Positions 35,190 to 51,100 of a stretch of 64,000 bases of DNA are shown in pieces (positions within the stretch are counted from its first letter, which is position 1; each line of letters begins with the position of its first letter). The notes beneath the pieces were generated by a model. The model did not search any database. It saw nothing but the letters and a program-made list of their open reading frames with translations, and was not told the origin of the DNA. A program made the position numbers and the translations under genes. The DNA comes from Isurus oxyrinchus (Eukaryota), in contig JANJGN010000019.1 in assembly GCA_026770705.1 (NCBI GenBank), positions 92,132,001 to 92,196,000 of the forward strand, read 5' to 3'.

Positions 35190-38100
35190 CTCCAATAATA
35201 AAACACACTAACCCCAACTCCAGTAATAAACACCCAAAACCTAAACAAAACTCCAGAAATAAACACGCCAACCGTAAACCCAACGCCAGTAATAAAGGCC
35301 CTAACCCCAACCCCAACTCCAGTAATAAACAGCCTAACCCGAAACCCAACTCCAGAATTAAACACCATAAATCTAAACTCCACTCCAGTAATAAACACGT
35401 TAAACCCAAGTCCAGTAATAAACACCCGAAACCTAAAAAGAACACCAGTAATAAATAATCAAGACCTAAACAAAACTCCAGTAATAAACACACTAAACTT
35501 AAACCCAACTGGAGTAACAAATACCCTAACCGTAAACCGAATTACAGAAATAAACGACCGAACCGTAAACCCAACTGCAGCAATAAACACCGTAACCCTA
35601 AACGTAACACCAAAAATAAACAGCATAACTGTAAACCCAACTCCATTAATAAACACCCTAACCCTAAACCCAGCTCCAGTAATAACCACCCTAACCGGAA
35701 ACTCAACTCCGGTAATAAACACTCTAACCCAAACCCAACTCCAGAATTAAACACTGTAACCCCAGCTCCAGTAATAAACACCTTAAACCTAAACCCAGCT
35801 CCAGTAATAAAAACCCTAACCTCAACTCCAGTAATAAACACCCAAAACCTCAACAAAACTCCAGAAATAAACACGCTAACAGTAAACCCAATGCCGGTAA
35901 TAAAAACCCAAACCCTAAACCTAGCTACAGTAATAAAGACCCTAACACTAACTCCAACAAAAAACACCCTAAACCTGAACCCAACTCTGGTAATAGCCAC
36001 CCTAACTCTAAACGGAACACAAGTAATAAACAACCGAACTGTAAACCCAACTCCAGTAATAAACACCCTAACCCTAATCATAACTCCAGTAATAAACACC
36101 CTAATAGTAACCCAAATCCAGTAATAAACACCCTAATTGTAACCCAAATGCAGTGATAAACACCCTAATTGTAACCCAAATCCAGTGATAAATACCCTAA
36201 TCATAACCCAAGTCCAGTAATAAACTCCCTAAACCTAAACACAACTCCAGTAATAAACACCCTAACCCTAAACCCAACTCTAATAATAAACACCCTAACC
36301 CCAACTCCAGCAAAAACCACCCTAACACTGAACCCAACTCTAGTAATAACGACTCTAACCCTAAATCCAACTCCAGTAATAAACACCCTAACCCTAAACG
36401 CAGCTCCAGTAATAAACACACTAACCCCAACTCCAGTATTAAACATTGAAACCCGAAATCAAACTCCAGTAACAAACACACTAATCCTAAACCCAACTTC
36501 AGTAACAATTACCCTAACCGTAAACCCAACTTCATAAACAAACGCCCTAACCGTAAACCCAACTGCAGTAATAAACACCCTAACATCAGCTCCAGTAATA
36601 AACACCCTAATGCTAAATGTAACTCCAGTAATAAACACCATAACTGTAAACCCAACTCCATTAATAAACACCCTAACCCTAAACCCAGCTCCAGTAATAA
36701 CCACCCTAACCGGAAACTCAACTACGGTAATAAACACCCGAACCCAAAACCAACTCCAGAAATAAACACCCTAAACCCAACCCCAACTCCAGAATTAAAT
36801 ACCGTAACCCCAGCTCCAGTAATAAACACCTTAAACCTAAACCCAGCTCCAGTAATAAACACCCTAACCTCAACTCCAGTAATAAACACCCAAAACATCA
36901 CCAAAACTCCAGAAATAAACTCACTCACCGTAAACCCAATGCCGGTAATAAAAACCTAAACCCTAAAACTAGCTACAGTAATAAACAACCTAACCCTAAC
37001 CCCAGCTCCAGTAATAAACACCCTAACCCTAACTCCAGCAAAAAAACCCTAAACCTGAACCCAACTCTGGTAATAGCCACCCTAACCCTAAACGCAACTC
37101 AAGTAATAAACAACCGAACCGTAAACCCAACTCCAGTAATAAACACCCTAACAGTGACCCAACTCCAGTAATAAACACCCTAATAGTGACTCAACTGCAT
37201 CAATAAACACTCTAACCGTAACCCAACTCCAGTAATAAACACCCAAACCCTAAACCAAACTCCTGTAATAAACATCCTAACCCTAAACACAGCTCCAGTA
37301 ATAAACACACTAACCTCAACTCCAGTAGTAAACACCCAAACCCTAAACCAAACTCCTGTAATAAACATCCTAACCCTAAACACAGCTCCAGTAATAAACA
37401 CACTAACCTAAACTCCAGTAATAAACACCCAAAACCTAAACAAAACTCCAGTAATAAACACATTAACCCTAAACCCAACTGCAGTAACAAATACCCTAAC
37501 CATAAATCCAACTCCAGTAATAAACACCCAAACCCTAAACCCAACTCCAGTAATAAACATCCTAAGCCTAAACCCAGTTCCAGTAACAAAACACACTAAC
37601 AACAACTCCAGTAATAAACACCCAAAACCTAAACAAAACTCCGGAAATAAACACGCTAACCGTAAACCCAACGCCAGTAATAAAGATTCTAAACGTAAAC
37701 ACAACTCCATTAATAAAGACCCTAAATCCAACCCCAACTCCAGTAATAAACAGCCTAACCCGAAACCCAACTCCAGAATTTATCACCCTAAATCTATACC
37801 CCGCTCCAGTAATAAACACCTTAACCTCAGCTCCAGTAATAAACACCTGAAACCCAAAAACAACACCAGTAATAAATAACCAAAACCTAAACAAAACTCC
37901 AGTAATAAACACACTAACCCTAAACCCAAATGGGGTAACAAATACCCAAACCGTAAACCGAACTACAGAAATACATGACCGAACCATAAACCCAACTGCA
38001 GTAATAAACACCCTAAACCTAAACGCAGCTCCAGTAATAACCAACCGAACCGGAAACTCAACGCCGGTAATAAACAACCTAACCCAAACCCAACTCCAGA

Positions 38101-41100
38101 AAAAAACACCCTAAACCTGAACCCAACGCTGGTAATAGCCACCCTAACACTAAACGCAACTCAAGTAATAAACAACTGAACCGTAAACCCAACTCCGGTA
38201 ATAAACACCCTAATGGTGACCCAACTCCAGTAATAAACACTCAAATCATAACCCAACTCCAGTAATAAACACTCTAACCGTAACCCAACTCCAGTAATAA
38301 ACACCCAAACCCTAAACCAAACTCCTGTAATAAACATCCTAACCCTAAACCCAACTGCAGTAACAAATACCCTAATCGTAAATCCAACTCCAGTAATAAA
38401 CACCCAAACCCTAAACCTAGCTCCAGTAACAAAACACACTAACCCCAACTCCAGTAATAAACACCCAAAACCTAAACAAAACTCCAGAAATAAACACGTT
38501 AACCGTAAACCCAACGCCAGTAATGAAGGCCCTAACCCCAACCCCAACTCCAGTAATAAACAGCCTAACCCGAAACCCAACTCCAGAATTAAACACCATA
38601 AATCTAAACTCCACTCCAGTAATAAACACGTTAAACCCAAGTCCAGTAATAAACACCCGAAACCTAAAAAGAACACCAGTAATAAATAATCAAGACCTAA
38701 ACAAAACTCCAGTAATAAACACACTAAACTTAAACCCAACTGGAGTAACAAATACCCTAACCGTAAACCGAATTACAGAAATAAACGACCGAACCGTAAA
38801 CCCAACTGCAGCAATAAACACCGTAACCCTAAACGTAACACCAAAAATAAACAGCATAACTGTAAACCCAACTCCATTAATAAACACCCTAACCCTAAAC
38901 CCAGCTCCAGTAATAACCACCCTAACCGGAAACTCAACTCCGGTAATAAACACTCTAACCCAAACCCAACTCCAGAATTAAACACTGTAACCCCAGCTCC
39001 AGTAATAAACACCTTAAACCTAAACCCAGCTCCAGTAATAAAAACCCTAACCTCAACTCCAGTAATAAACACCCAAAACCTCAACAAAACTCCAGAAATA
39101 AACACGCTAACAGTAAACCCAATGCCGGTAATAAAAACCCAAACCCTAAACCTAGCTACAGTAATAAAGACCCTAACACTAACTCCAACAAAAAACACCC
39201 TAAACCTGAACCCAACTCTGGTAATAGCCACCCTAACTCTAAACGGAACACAAGTAATAAACAACCGAACTGTAAACCCAACTCCAGTAATAAACACCCT
39301 AACCCTAATCATAACTCCAGTAATAAACACCCTAATAGTAACCCAAATCCAGTAATAAACACCCTAATTGTAACCCAAATGCAGTGATAAACACCCTAAT
39401 TGTAACCCAAATCCAGTGATAAACACCCTAATCATAACCCAAGTCCAGTAATAAACTCCCTAAACCTAAACACAACTCCAGTAATAAACACCCTAACCCT
39501 AAACCCAACTCTAATAATAAACACCCTAACCCCAACTCCAGCAAAAACCACCCTAACACTGAACCCAACTCTAGTAATAACGACTCTAACCCTAAATCCA
39601 ACTCCAGTAATAAACACACTAACCCCAACTCCAGTATTAAACATTGAAACCCGAAATCAAACTCCAGTAACAAACACATTAATCCTAAACCCAACTTCAG
39701 TAACAATTACCCTAACCGTAAACCCAACTTCATAAACAAACGCCCTAACCGTAAACCCAACTGCAGTAATAAACACCCTAACATCAGCTCCAGTAATAAA
39801 CACCCTAATGCTAAATGTAACTCCAGTAATAAACACCATAACTGTAAACCCAACTCCATTAATAAACACCCTAACCCTAAACCCAGCTCCAGTAATAACC
39901 ACCCTAACCGGAAACTCAACTACGGTAATAAACACCCGAACCCAAAACCAACTCCAGAAATAAACACCCTAAACCCAACCCCAACTCCAGAATTAAATAC
40001 CGTAACCCCAGCTCCAGTAATAAACACCTTAAACCTAAACCCAGCTCCAGTAATAAACACCCTAACCTCAACTCCAGTAATAAACACCCAAAACATCACC
40101 AAAACTCCAGAAATAAACTCACTCACCGTAAACCCAATGCCGGTAATAAAAACCTAAACCCTAAAACTAGCTACAGTAATAAACAACCTAACCCTAACCC
40201 CAGCTCCAGTAATAAACACCCTAACCCTAACTCCAGCAAAAAAACCCTAAACCTGAACCCAACTCTGGTAATAGCCACCCTAACCCTAAACGCAACTCAA
40301 GTAATAAACAACCGAACCGTAAACCCAACTCCAGTAATAAACACCCTAACAGTGACCCAACTCCAGTAATAAACACCCTAATAGTGACTCAACTGCATCA
40401 ATAAACACTCTAACCGTAACCCAACTCCAGTAATAAACACCCAAACCCTAAACCAAACTCCTGTAATAAACATCCTAACCCTAAACACAGCTCCAGTAAT
40501 AAACACACTAACCTCAACTCCAGTAGTAAACACCCAAACCCTAAACCAAACTCCTGTAATAAACATCCTAACCCTAAACACAGCTCCAGTAATAAACACA
40601 CTAACCTAAACTCCAGTAATAAACACCCAAAACCTAAACAAAACTCCAGTAATAAACACATTAACCCTAAACCCAACTGCAGTAACAAATACCCTAACCA
40701 TAAATCCAACTCCAGTAATAAACACCCAAACCCTAAACCCAACTCCAGTAATAAACATCCTAAGCCTAAACCCAGTTCCAGTAACAAAACACACTAACAA
40801 CAACTCCAGTAATAAACACCCAAAACCTAAACAAAACTCCGGAAATAAACACGCTAACCGTAAACCCAACGCCAGTAATAAAGATTCTAAACGTAAACAC
40901 AACTCCATTAATAAAGACCCTAAATCCAACCCCAACTCCAGTAATAAACAGCCTAACCCGAAACCCAACTCCAGAATTTATCACCCTAAATCTATACCCC
41001 GCTCCAGTAATAAACACCTTAACCTCAGCTCCAGTAATAAACACCTGAAAACCAAAAACAACACCAGTAATAAATAACCAAAACCTAAACAAAACTCCAG

Positions 41101-41600
41101 TAATAAACACACTAACCCTAAACCCAAATGGGGTAACAAATACCCAAACCGTAAACCGAACTACAGAAATACATGACCGAACCATAAACCCAACTGCAGT
41201 AATAAACACCCTAAACCTAAACGCAGCTCCAGTAATAACCAACCGAACCGGAAACTCAACGCCGGTAATAAACAACCTAACCCAAACCCAACTCCAGAAA
41301 AAAACACCCTAAACCTGAACCCAACTCTGGTAATAGCCACCCTAACACTAAACGCAACTCAAGTAATAAACAACTGAACCGTAAACCCAACTCCGGTAAT
41401 AAACACCCTAATGGTGACCCAACTCCAGTAATAAACACTCAAATCATAACCCAACTCCAGTAATAAACACTCTAACCGTAACCCAACTCCAGTAATAAAC
41501 ACCCAAACCCTAAACCAAACTCCTGTAATAAACATCCTAACCCTAAACCCAACTGCAGTAACAAATACCCTAATCGTAAATCCAACTCCAGTAATAAACA
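35190..41600 (+). repeat. Tandem higher-order duplication, 2 x ~3.2 kb
   Basis: Identical translated ORFs at offsets 3231 (35542 vs 38773) and 3198 (37568 vs 40766). The offsets differ by exactly one 33-bp monomer. Confidence 0.92.
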
Positions 41601-42143
41601 CTCTAACCGTAACCCAACTCCAGTAATAAACACTCTAACCGTAACCCAACTCCAGTAATAAACACTCTAACCGTAACCCAACTCCAGTAATAAACACTCT
41701 AACCGTGACCCAACTCCAGTAATAAACACTCTAACCGTGACCCAACTCCAGTAATAAACACTCTAACCGTGACCCAACTCCAGTAATAAACACTCTAACC
41801 GTGACCCAACTCCAGTAATAAACACTCTAACCATAACCCAACTCCAGTAATAAACACTCTAACCGTAACCCAACTCCAGTAATAAACACTCTAACCGTAA
41901 CCCAACTCCAGTAATAAACACTCTAACCGTAACCCAACTCCAGTAATAAACACTCTAACCGTAACCCAACTCCAGTAATAAACACTCTAACCGTAACCCA
42001 ACTCCAGTAATAAACACTCTAACCGTAACCCAACTCCAGTAATAAACACTCTAACCGTAACCCAACTCCAGTAATAAACACTCTAACCGTAACCCAACTC
42101 CAGTAATAAACACTCTAACCGTAACCCAACTCCAGTAATAAAC
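41590..42143 (+). repeat. Homogeneous 32-bp sub-array (~17 copies)
   Basis: (ctctaaccgtaacccaactccagtaataaaca)n, with a short run of a ccgtga variant. Confidence 0.92.
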
Positions 42144-45100
42144 ACACTAACCCTAAACCCAACTGCAGTAACAAATACCCTAATCGTAAATCCAACTCCA
42201 GTAATAAACATCCTAAGCCTAAACCCAGTTCCAGTAACAAAACACACTAACAACAACTCCAGTAATAAACACCCAAAACCTAAACAAAACTCCGGAAATA
42301 AACACGCTAACCGTAAATCCAACGCCAGTAATAAAGACTCTAAACATAAACACAACTCCATTAATAAAGACCCTAAATCCAACCCCAACTCCAGTAATAA
42401 ACAGCCTAACCCGAAACCCAACTCCAGAATTAAACACCCTAAATCTATACCCCGCTCCAGTAATAAACACCTTAACCCCAGCTCCAGTAATAAACACCCG
42501 AAACCTAAAAACAACACCAGTAATAAATAACCGAAACCTAAACAAAACTCCAGTAATAAACACACTAACCCTAAACCCAAATGGGGTAACAAATACCCAA
42601 ACCGTAAACCGAACTACAGAAATACATGACCGAACCGTAAACCCAACTGCAGTAATAAACACTCTAACCCTAAACGCAGCTCCAGTAATAACCAACCGAA
42701 CCGGAAACTCAACGCCGGTAATAAACAACCTAACCCAAACCCAACTCCAGAAAAAAACACCCTAAACCTGAACCCAACTCTGGTAATAGCCACCCTAACA
42801 CTAAACGCAACTCAAGTAATAAACAACCGAACCGTAAACCCAACTCCAGTAATAAACACCTTAATGGTGACCCAACTCCAGTAATAAACACTCAAATCAT
42901 AACCCAACTCCAGTAATAAACACTTAAATCATAACCCAACTCCAGTAATAAACACTCAAATCATAACCCAACACCAGTAATAAACACACTAACCCTAAAC
43001 CCAACAGCAGTAATAAACACCCTAACCCTAAAGACAACTCCAGTAATACACATCCTAACCGTGAACCCAGCTCCAATCATAACCACCCTAACAGTAAACC
43101 GAAATCCGGTAATAAAGGCCCTAACCATAAACCCAACCCCAGTAATAAACCCCTAACCCTAAACCCAACTCCAGTAATAAACACCCTAAACACAACCCCA
43201 AATCCAGTAATCAACACCCTAAACCTAAGCCCAACCCCAGTAATAAACCCCTAACCCTAAACCCAACTCCAGTAATAAACACCCAAAACCTAAACAAAAC
43301 ACCTGTAACAAACACCCTAACCCTAAACCCAGCTCCAGTAATAAACACCCTAACCCTAAACGCAACTCAAGTAATAAACAACCAAACCGTAAACCCACTC
43401 CAGTAATAAACACCTTAACCCTAAACCCAGCTCCAGTAATAACCAACCTAACCGGAAACCCAACTCCAGTAATAACCAACCTAATCGTTACCCAATTCCA
43501 GTAATAAACACCCAAATCGTAACCCAGTTCCAGTAATAAACACGCTAACCGTAACCAAACTCCAGTAATACACACAGTAAGCCCAACTCCAGAAATAAAC
43601 AGCCTAACCCGAAAACCAACTCCAGTATTAAACATCCTAAACCTAAACCCAGCTCCAGCAATAAACATCTTAATCCCAACTCCAGTAATAAACACCCAAA
43701 ACCTAAACCCAACTCCACTAATAAACACCCAAAACCTAAACAAAACTCCAGAAATAAACATACAAACCCTAAACCCAAATGCAGTAACAAAGACCCTAAC
43801 CCTAAACCCACCTCCAGAAATAAACACCCTAACTGTAAACCCAACTCCGGTAATAAAGGCACTAACCCTAAAGACAACTCCAGTAATACACACCCTAAAC
43901 CTAAACTCAGCTCCATTAATAAACACCCTAACCCCAGCTCCAGTAATAAACACCCAAAACCTAAACAAAACTCCAGAAATAAACACACAAACCCTAAACC
44001 CAAATGCAGTAACAAAGTCCCTAACCCTAAACCGACCTCCAGAAATAAATACCCTAACTGTAAAACCAACTCCGGTAATAAAGGGCCTAACCGTAAACCC
44101 AACTCCAATAATAGACATCTTAAACCCAACACCAACCCCAGTAATAAACACTCTAACCCTAAACCCAACAGCAGTAATAAACACCCTAACCCTAAAGACA
44201 ACTCCAGTAATACACATCCTAACCATGAACCCAGCTCCAAACATAACCACCGGAACAGTAAACCGAAATCCGGTAATAAAGGCCCTAACCATAAACCCAA
44301 CCCCAGTAATAAACCCCGAACCCTAAACCCATCTCCAGTAATAAACACCCTAACCCTAAACCCAGCTCCAGTAATAACCAACCTAACTGTAAACCCAACT
44401 CCAGTAATAACCAACCTAATCGTTACCCAATTCCAGTAATAAACACCCAAATCGTAACCCAGTTCCAGTAATAAACACGCTAACCATAACCCAACTCCAG
44501 TAATACACACAGTAAGCCCAACTCCAGAAATAAACAGCCTAACCCGAAAACCAACTCCAGGATTAAACATCCTAAATCTGAACCCAGCTCCAGTAATAAA
44601 CTTCTTAATCCCAGCTCCAGTAATAAACACCCAAAACCTAAACCCAACTCCACTAATAAACACCCAAAACCTAAACAAAACTCCTGTAATAAACACACAA
44701 ACCCTAAACCCAAATGCAGTAACAAAGTCCCTAACCCTAAACCGACCTCCAGAAATAAATACCCTAACTGTAAACCCAACTCCGCTAATAAAGGCCCTAA
44801 CCGTAAACCCAACTCCAGTAATAGACATCTTAAACCCCACACCAAACCCAGTAATAAACACCCTAACCCTAAACCCAACTCCGCTAATAAAGGCACTAAC
44901 CCTAAAGACAACTCCAGTAATAGACATCTTAAACCCCACACCAAACCCAGTAATAAACACCCTAACCCTAAACCCAACTCCACTAATAAACACACAAAAC
45001 CTAAACAAAACTCCTGTAATAAACACACAAACCCTAAACCCAATGCAGTAACAAAGACCCTAACCCTAAACCGACCTCCAGAAATAAATACCCTAACTGT

Positions 45101-48100
45101 AAACCCAACTCCGCTAATAAAGGCACTAACCCTAAAGACAACTCCAAAAATACACACCCTAAACCTAAACTCAGCTCCATTAATAAACACCCTAACCCCA
45201 GCTCCAGTAATAAACACCCAAAACCTAAACAAAATTCCAGTAATAAACACCCTAACCCTAAACCTAGCTCCAGTAATAAACACCCTAACCCTATCCCCAA
45301 CTCCAGTAATAAACATCCTAACCGTAAACCCAGCTCCAGTAATAAACACACTAACCCCAACAATAAACATCCAAAACCGAAACCCAACTCCACTAATAAA
45401 CAACCAAAACCTAAACAACAGTCCTGTAATAAACACACTAACCCTAAACCCAAATGCAGTAACAAAGACCCTAAGCCTAAACCCACCTCCAGAAATAAAT
45501 ACCCTAACTGTAAACCCAACTCTGGTAATAAAGGCCCTAACCGTAAACCCAACTCCAGTAATAGACACTTTAACCCAACACCAACCCCAGTAATAAACAC
45601 CCTAACCCTAAACCCAACAGCAGTAATAAACACACTAACCCTAAAGACAACTCCAGTAATACACACCCTAATCGTAAACTCAGCTCCATTAATAAACACC
45701 CTAAACCTAGCTCCAGTAATAAACAGCCTAACCCTAACCCCAGCTCCAGTAATAAAGAGCCAAACCTTAAACCCAGCTCCAGTAATAAACACCCTAATCG
45801 CAGCCCAACTCCAGTAATAAACACCCAAACCGTAAACCCAACTCCAGTAATAAACACCCTAACACTAAACCCAGCTCCAGTAATAAACACCCTGATCGTA
45901 ACCCAACTCCAGTAATAAATACCCTGATCGTAACCCAACTCCAGTAATAAACAGCTAAACCCTAAACCCAACTCTATCAATAAACATCCTAACCATAAAC
46001 CCAGCTCCAGTAACAAACACACTAACTCCAATTGCAGTAATGAACACACAAAACCTAAACCAACCTCCAGAAATAAACACGCTAACCGCAAACCCAATGC
46101 CCGTAATAGGCTCCCTAACCCGAAACATAGCTCCAGTAATAGACACACTAACCCTAACCCCAGCTCCAGTAATAACCACCCTAACTGTAAAACCAACTCC
46201 AGTAATAAACACCCTAATCATAACCCAAGTCCAGTAATAAACACCCTAACCCTAAACCCAACTCCAGTATTGAACAACCTAACCCTAATCCCAACCCCAG
46301 TAATAAACACCCTAACCCTAAACCGAGCTCCAGTAATAAACACACCAACCCCAACAATAAACACCTAAAACCTAAACAAAACTTCAGAAATAAACACCAT
46401 AACCGTGAACCCAAAGCCGCTAATAAAGGCCCTAAACGTAAACTCAACTCTAGTAATAAGCACAGTAACCCCAACTCCAGTAATAAGTATCCTAACCTGA
46501 AACCCAACTCCAGTATTAAACACCCTAAACCTAAACCCAGCTCCAGTTTTAACCACCCTAACCATAAACCCAACTCCAGTAATAAACACCCTAAACATAA
46601 CCCAACTCCAGTAATAAACACCCGAAACCTAAACCCAACTCCAGTAATAAACACCCTAAACCTAAACCCAACCCCAGTAATAAACATCTGAACCCTAAAG
46701 CCAGCTCCAGAAATAAACACCCTAACCCGAAACCCAACCCCAGTAATAAACACCCAAACCCTAAACCCAACTCTAGTAATAAACATCCTAACCCTAAACC
46801 CAGCTCCAGTAATAAACACACTAACCCCAACAATAAACACCCAAAACCTAAACAAAACTCCAAAAATAGACACCATAACCGTGAACCCAAAGCCAGTAAT
46901 AAAGGCGCTAAACGTAAACTCAACTCCAGTAATAAACACAGTAAACCCAACTCCAGTAATAAACAGCCTAACCCAAAAGCCAACACCAGTATTAAACACC
47001 CTAAACCTAAACCCAACTCCACTAATAAACACCCAAAACCTAAACAAAACTCCTGTAATAAACACACAAACCCTAAAGCCAAATGCAGTAACAAAGACCC
47101 TAAGCCTAAACCCACCTCCAGAAATAAACACCCTAACCGTAAACCCAACTCCGGTAATAAAGGGCCTAACCGTAAACCCAACTCCAATAATAGACATCTT
47201 AAACCCAACACCAACCCCAGTAATAAACATTCTAACCCTAAACCCAACAGCAGTAATAAACACCCTAACCCTAAAGACAACTCCAGTAATACACATCCTA
47301 ACCGTGAACCCAGCTCCAATCATAACCACCCTAACAGTAAACCGAAATCCGGTAATAAAGGCCCTAACCATAAACCCAACCCCAGTAATAAACCCCTAAC
47401 CCTAAACCCAACTCCAGTAATAAACACCCTAAACACAACCCCAAATCCAGTAATCAACACCCTAAACCTAAACCCAACCCCAGTAATAAACCCCTAACCC
47501 TAAACCCAACTCCAGTAATAAACACCCAAAACCTAAACAAAACACCTGTAACAAACACCCTAACCCTAAACCCAGCTCCAGTAATAAACACCCTAACCCT
47601 AAACGCAACTCAAGTAATAAACAACCAAACCGTAAACCCACTCCAGTAATAAACACCTTAACCCTAAAACCAGCTCCAGTAATAACCAACCTAACCGTAA
47701 TCCCAATTCCAGTAATAACCAACCTAATCGTTACCCAATTCCAGTAATAAACACCCAAATCGTAACCCAGTTCCAGTAATAAACACGCTAACCGTAACCA
47801 AACTCCAGTAATACACACAGTAAGACCAACTCCAGAAATAAACAGCCTAACCCGAAAACCAACTCCAGTATTAAACATCCTAAATCTAAACCCAGCTCCA
47901 GTAATAAACATCTTAATCCCAACTCCAGTAATAAACACCCAAAACCTAAACCCAACTCCACTAATAAACACCCAAAACCTAAACAAAATTCCTGTAATAA
48001 ACACACAAACCCTAAACCCAAATGCAGTAACAAAGACCCTAAGCCCAAACCGACCTCCAGAAATAAACACCCTAACTGTAAACCCAACTCCGCTAATAAA

Positions 48101-51100
48101 GGCCCTAACCGTAAACCCAACTCCAGTAATAGACACCTTAAACCCCACACCAAACCCAGTAATAAACAGCCTAACCCTAAACCCAACTCCACTAATAAAC
48201 ACCCAAAACCTAAACAAAACTCCTGTAATAAACACACAAACCCTAAACCCAAATGCAGTAAGACCCTAACCCTAAACCGACCTCCAGAAATAAACACCCT
48301 AACTGTAAACCCAACTCCGGTAATAAAGGCACTAACCCTAAAGACAACTCCAGAAATACACACCCTAAACCTAAACTCAGCTCCATTAATAAACACCCTA
48401 ACACAGCTCCAGTAATAAACACCCAAAACCTAAACAAAATTCCAGTAATAAACACCCTAACCCTAAACCTAGCTCCAGTAATAAACACACTAACCCCAGC
48501 TCCAGTAATAAACTGCCTAACCCTAAACCCAACTCCAGCAATAAACACCCTAACGTTAAACCCAGCTCCAGTAATAAACACCCTAATCGTAACCCGACTC
48601 TAGTAATAAACACCCTAATCGCAGCCCAACGCCAGAAATAAACACCCAAACCCTAAACCCAACTCCAGTAATAAACACCCTAACACAAAACCCAGCTCCA
48701 GTAATAAACACCTGATCATAATCCAACTCCAGTAATAAACACCCTGATCGTAACCCAACTCCAGTAATAAACACCCTAATCGCAACCCAACTCCAGTAAT
48801 AAACAACTAAACCCTAAACCCAACTCTATCAATAAACATCCTAACCATAAACCCAGCTCCAGTAACAAACACACTAACCCCAATTGCAGTAATGAACACA
48901 CAAAACCTAAACAAAACTCCAGAAATAAACACGCTAACCGCAAACCCAATGCCAGTAATAGGCTCCCTAACCCTAAACCTAGCTCCAGTAATAGGCTCCC
49001 TAACCCTAAACCTAGCTCCAGTAATAAACACACTAACCCTAACCCCAGCTCCAGTAATAAACACCCTAACCGTAAACCCAAGTCCAGTAATAAATACCCT
49101 AAACCTAATCCCAACTCCAGTAATGAACAACCTAACCCTAAACCCAACCCCAGTAATAAACACCCTAAGCCGAAACCCAACTCCAGTAATAAACACCCAA
49201 ACCCTAAACCCAGCTCCAGTAATAAACACACTAACCCCAACAATAAACACCCAAAACCTAAACAAAACTCCAAAAATAGACATCATAACCGTGAACCCAA
49301 AGCCAGTAATAAAGGCCCTAAACGTAAACTCAACTCCAGTAATAAACACAGTAACCCCAACTCCAGTAATATACAGCCTAACCTAAAAGCCAACACCAGT
49401 ATTAACCACCCTAAACCTAAACCCAACTATACTAATAAACACCCAACACCTAAACAAAACTCCTGTAATAAACACACTAACCCTAAACCAAATGCAGTAA
49501 CAAAGACCCTAGCCCTAAACCGACCTCCAGAAATAAACAAAACCTAACCGTAAACCCAACTCCAGTAATAAAGGCCCTAACCGTAAACCCAACTCCAATA
49601 AGAGACATCTTAAACCTAACACCAACCCCAGTAATAAACACTCTAAGCCTAAACCCAACAGCAGTAATAAACACCCTAACCCTAAAGACAGCTACAGTAA
49701 TACACATCCTAACCGTGAACCCAGTTCCAATCATAACCAACCTAACAGTAAACCGAAATCCGGCAATAAAGGCCCTAACCATAAACCCAAACCCAGTAAT
49801 AAACCCCTAACCCTAAACACAACTCCAGTAATGACCACCCGAAACACAACCCCAACTCCAGTAATCAACACCCTAACCCTAAACCCAACCCCAGTAATAA
49901 ACCCCTAACCCTAAACCCAACTCCAGTAATAAACACCCAAAACCTAAACAAAACTTCAGTAATAAACACCCTAACCCTAAACCCAGCTCCAGTAATAAAC
50001 ACCCAACCCTAAATGCAACTTAGTAATAAACAACCAAACCGTAAACCCCCTCCAGTAATAAACACCCTAACCCTAAACCCAGCTCCAGTAATAACCAACC
50101 TAATCGTTACCCAATTCCAGTAATAAACACCCAAATCATAATCCAGTTCCAGTAATAAACACGCTAACCATAACCCAACTCCAGTAATACACACAATAAG
50201 CCCAACTCCAGTAATAAACAGCCTAACCCGAAAACCAACTCCAGTATTAAACATCCTAAATCTAAACCCAGCTCCAGCAATAAACATCTTAATCCCAGCT
50301 CCAGTAATAAACACCCAAAACCTAAACCCAACTCCACTAATAAACACCCAAAACCTAAACAAAACTCCAGAAATAAACATACAAACCCTAAACCCAAATG
50401 CAGTAATAAAGACCCTAACCCTAAACCAACCTCCAGAAATAAACACCCTAACTGTAAACCCAACTCCGGTAATAAAGGCACTAACCCTAAAGACAACTCC
50501 AGTAATACACACCCTAAACCTAAACTCAGCTCCATTAATAAACACCCTAACCCCAGCTCCAGTAATAAGCACCCCAATCCTAAACAAAATTCTAGTAATA
50601 AACACCCTAACCCTAAACCTAGCTCCAGTAATAAACAGCCTAACCCTAACCCCAGCTCCAGTAATAAACACCCTAACCCTAAACCCAACTCCAGTAATAA
50701 ACACCCTAACCTTAAACCCAGCTCCAGTAATAAACACCCTAATCGTAACCCAACTCCAGTAATAAACACCCTAATCGCAGCCCAACTCCAGTAATAAACA
50801 ACTAACCCTAAACCCAACTCTATCAATAAACATCCTAACCATAAACCCAGCTCCAGTAACAAACTCACTAACCCCAATTGCAGTAATGAACACACAAAAC
50901 CTAAAAAAAACTCTAGAAATAAACACGCTAACCGCAAACCCAATGCCGGTAATAGGCTCCCTAACCCTAAACATAGCTCCAGTAATAAACACACTAACCC
51001 TAACCCCAGCTCCAGTAATAACCACCCTAACCGTAAACCCAACTCCAGTAATAAACACCCTAATCATAACCCAAGTCCAGTAATAAACACCCTAACCCTG

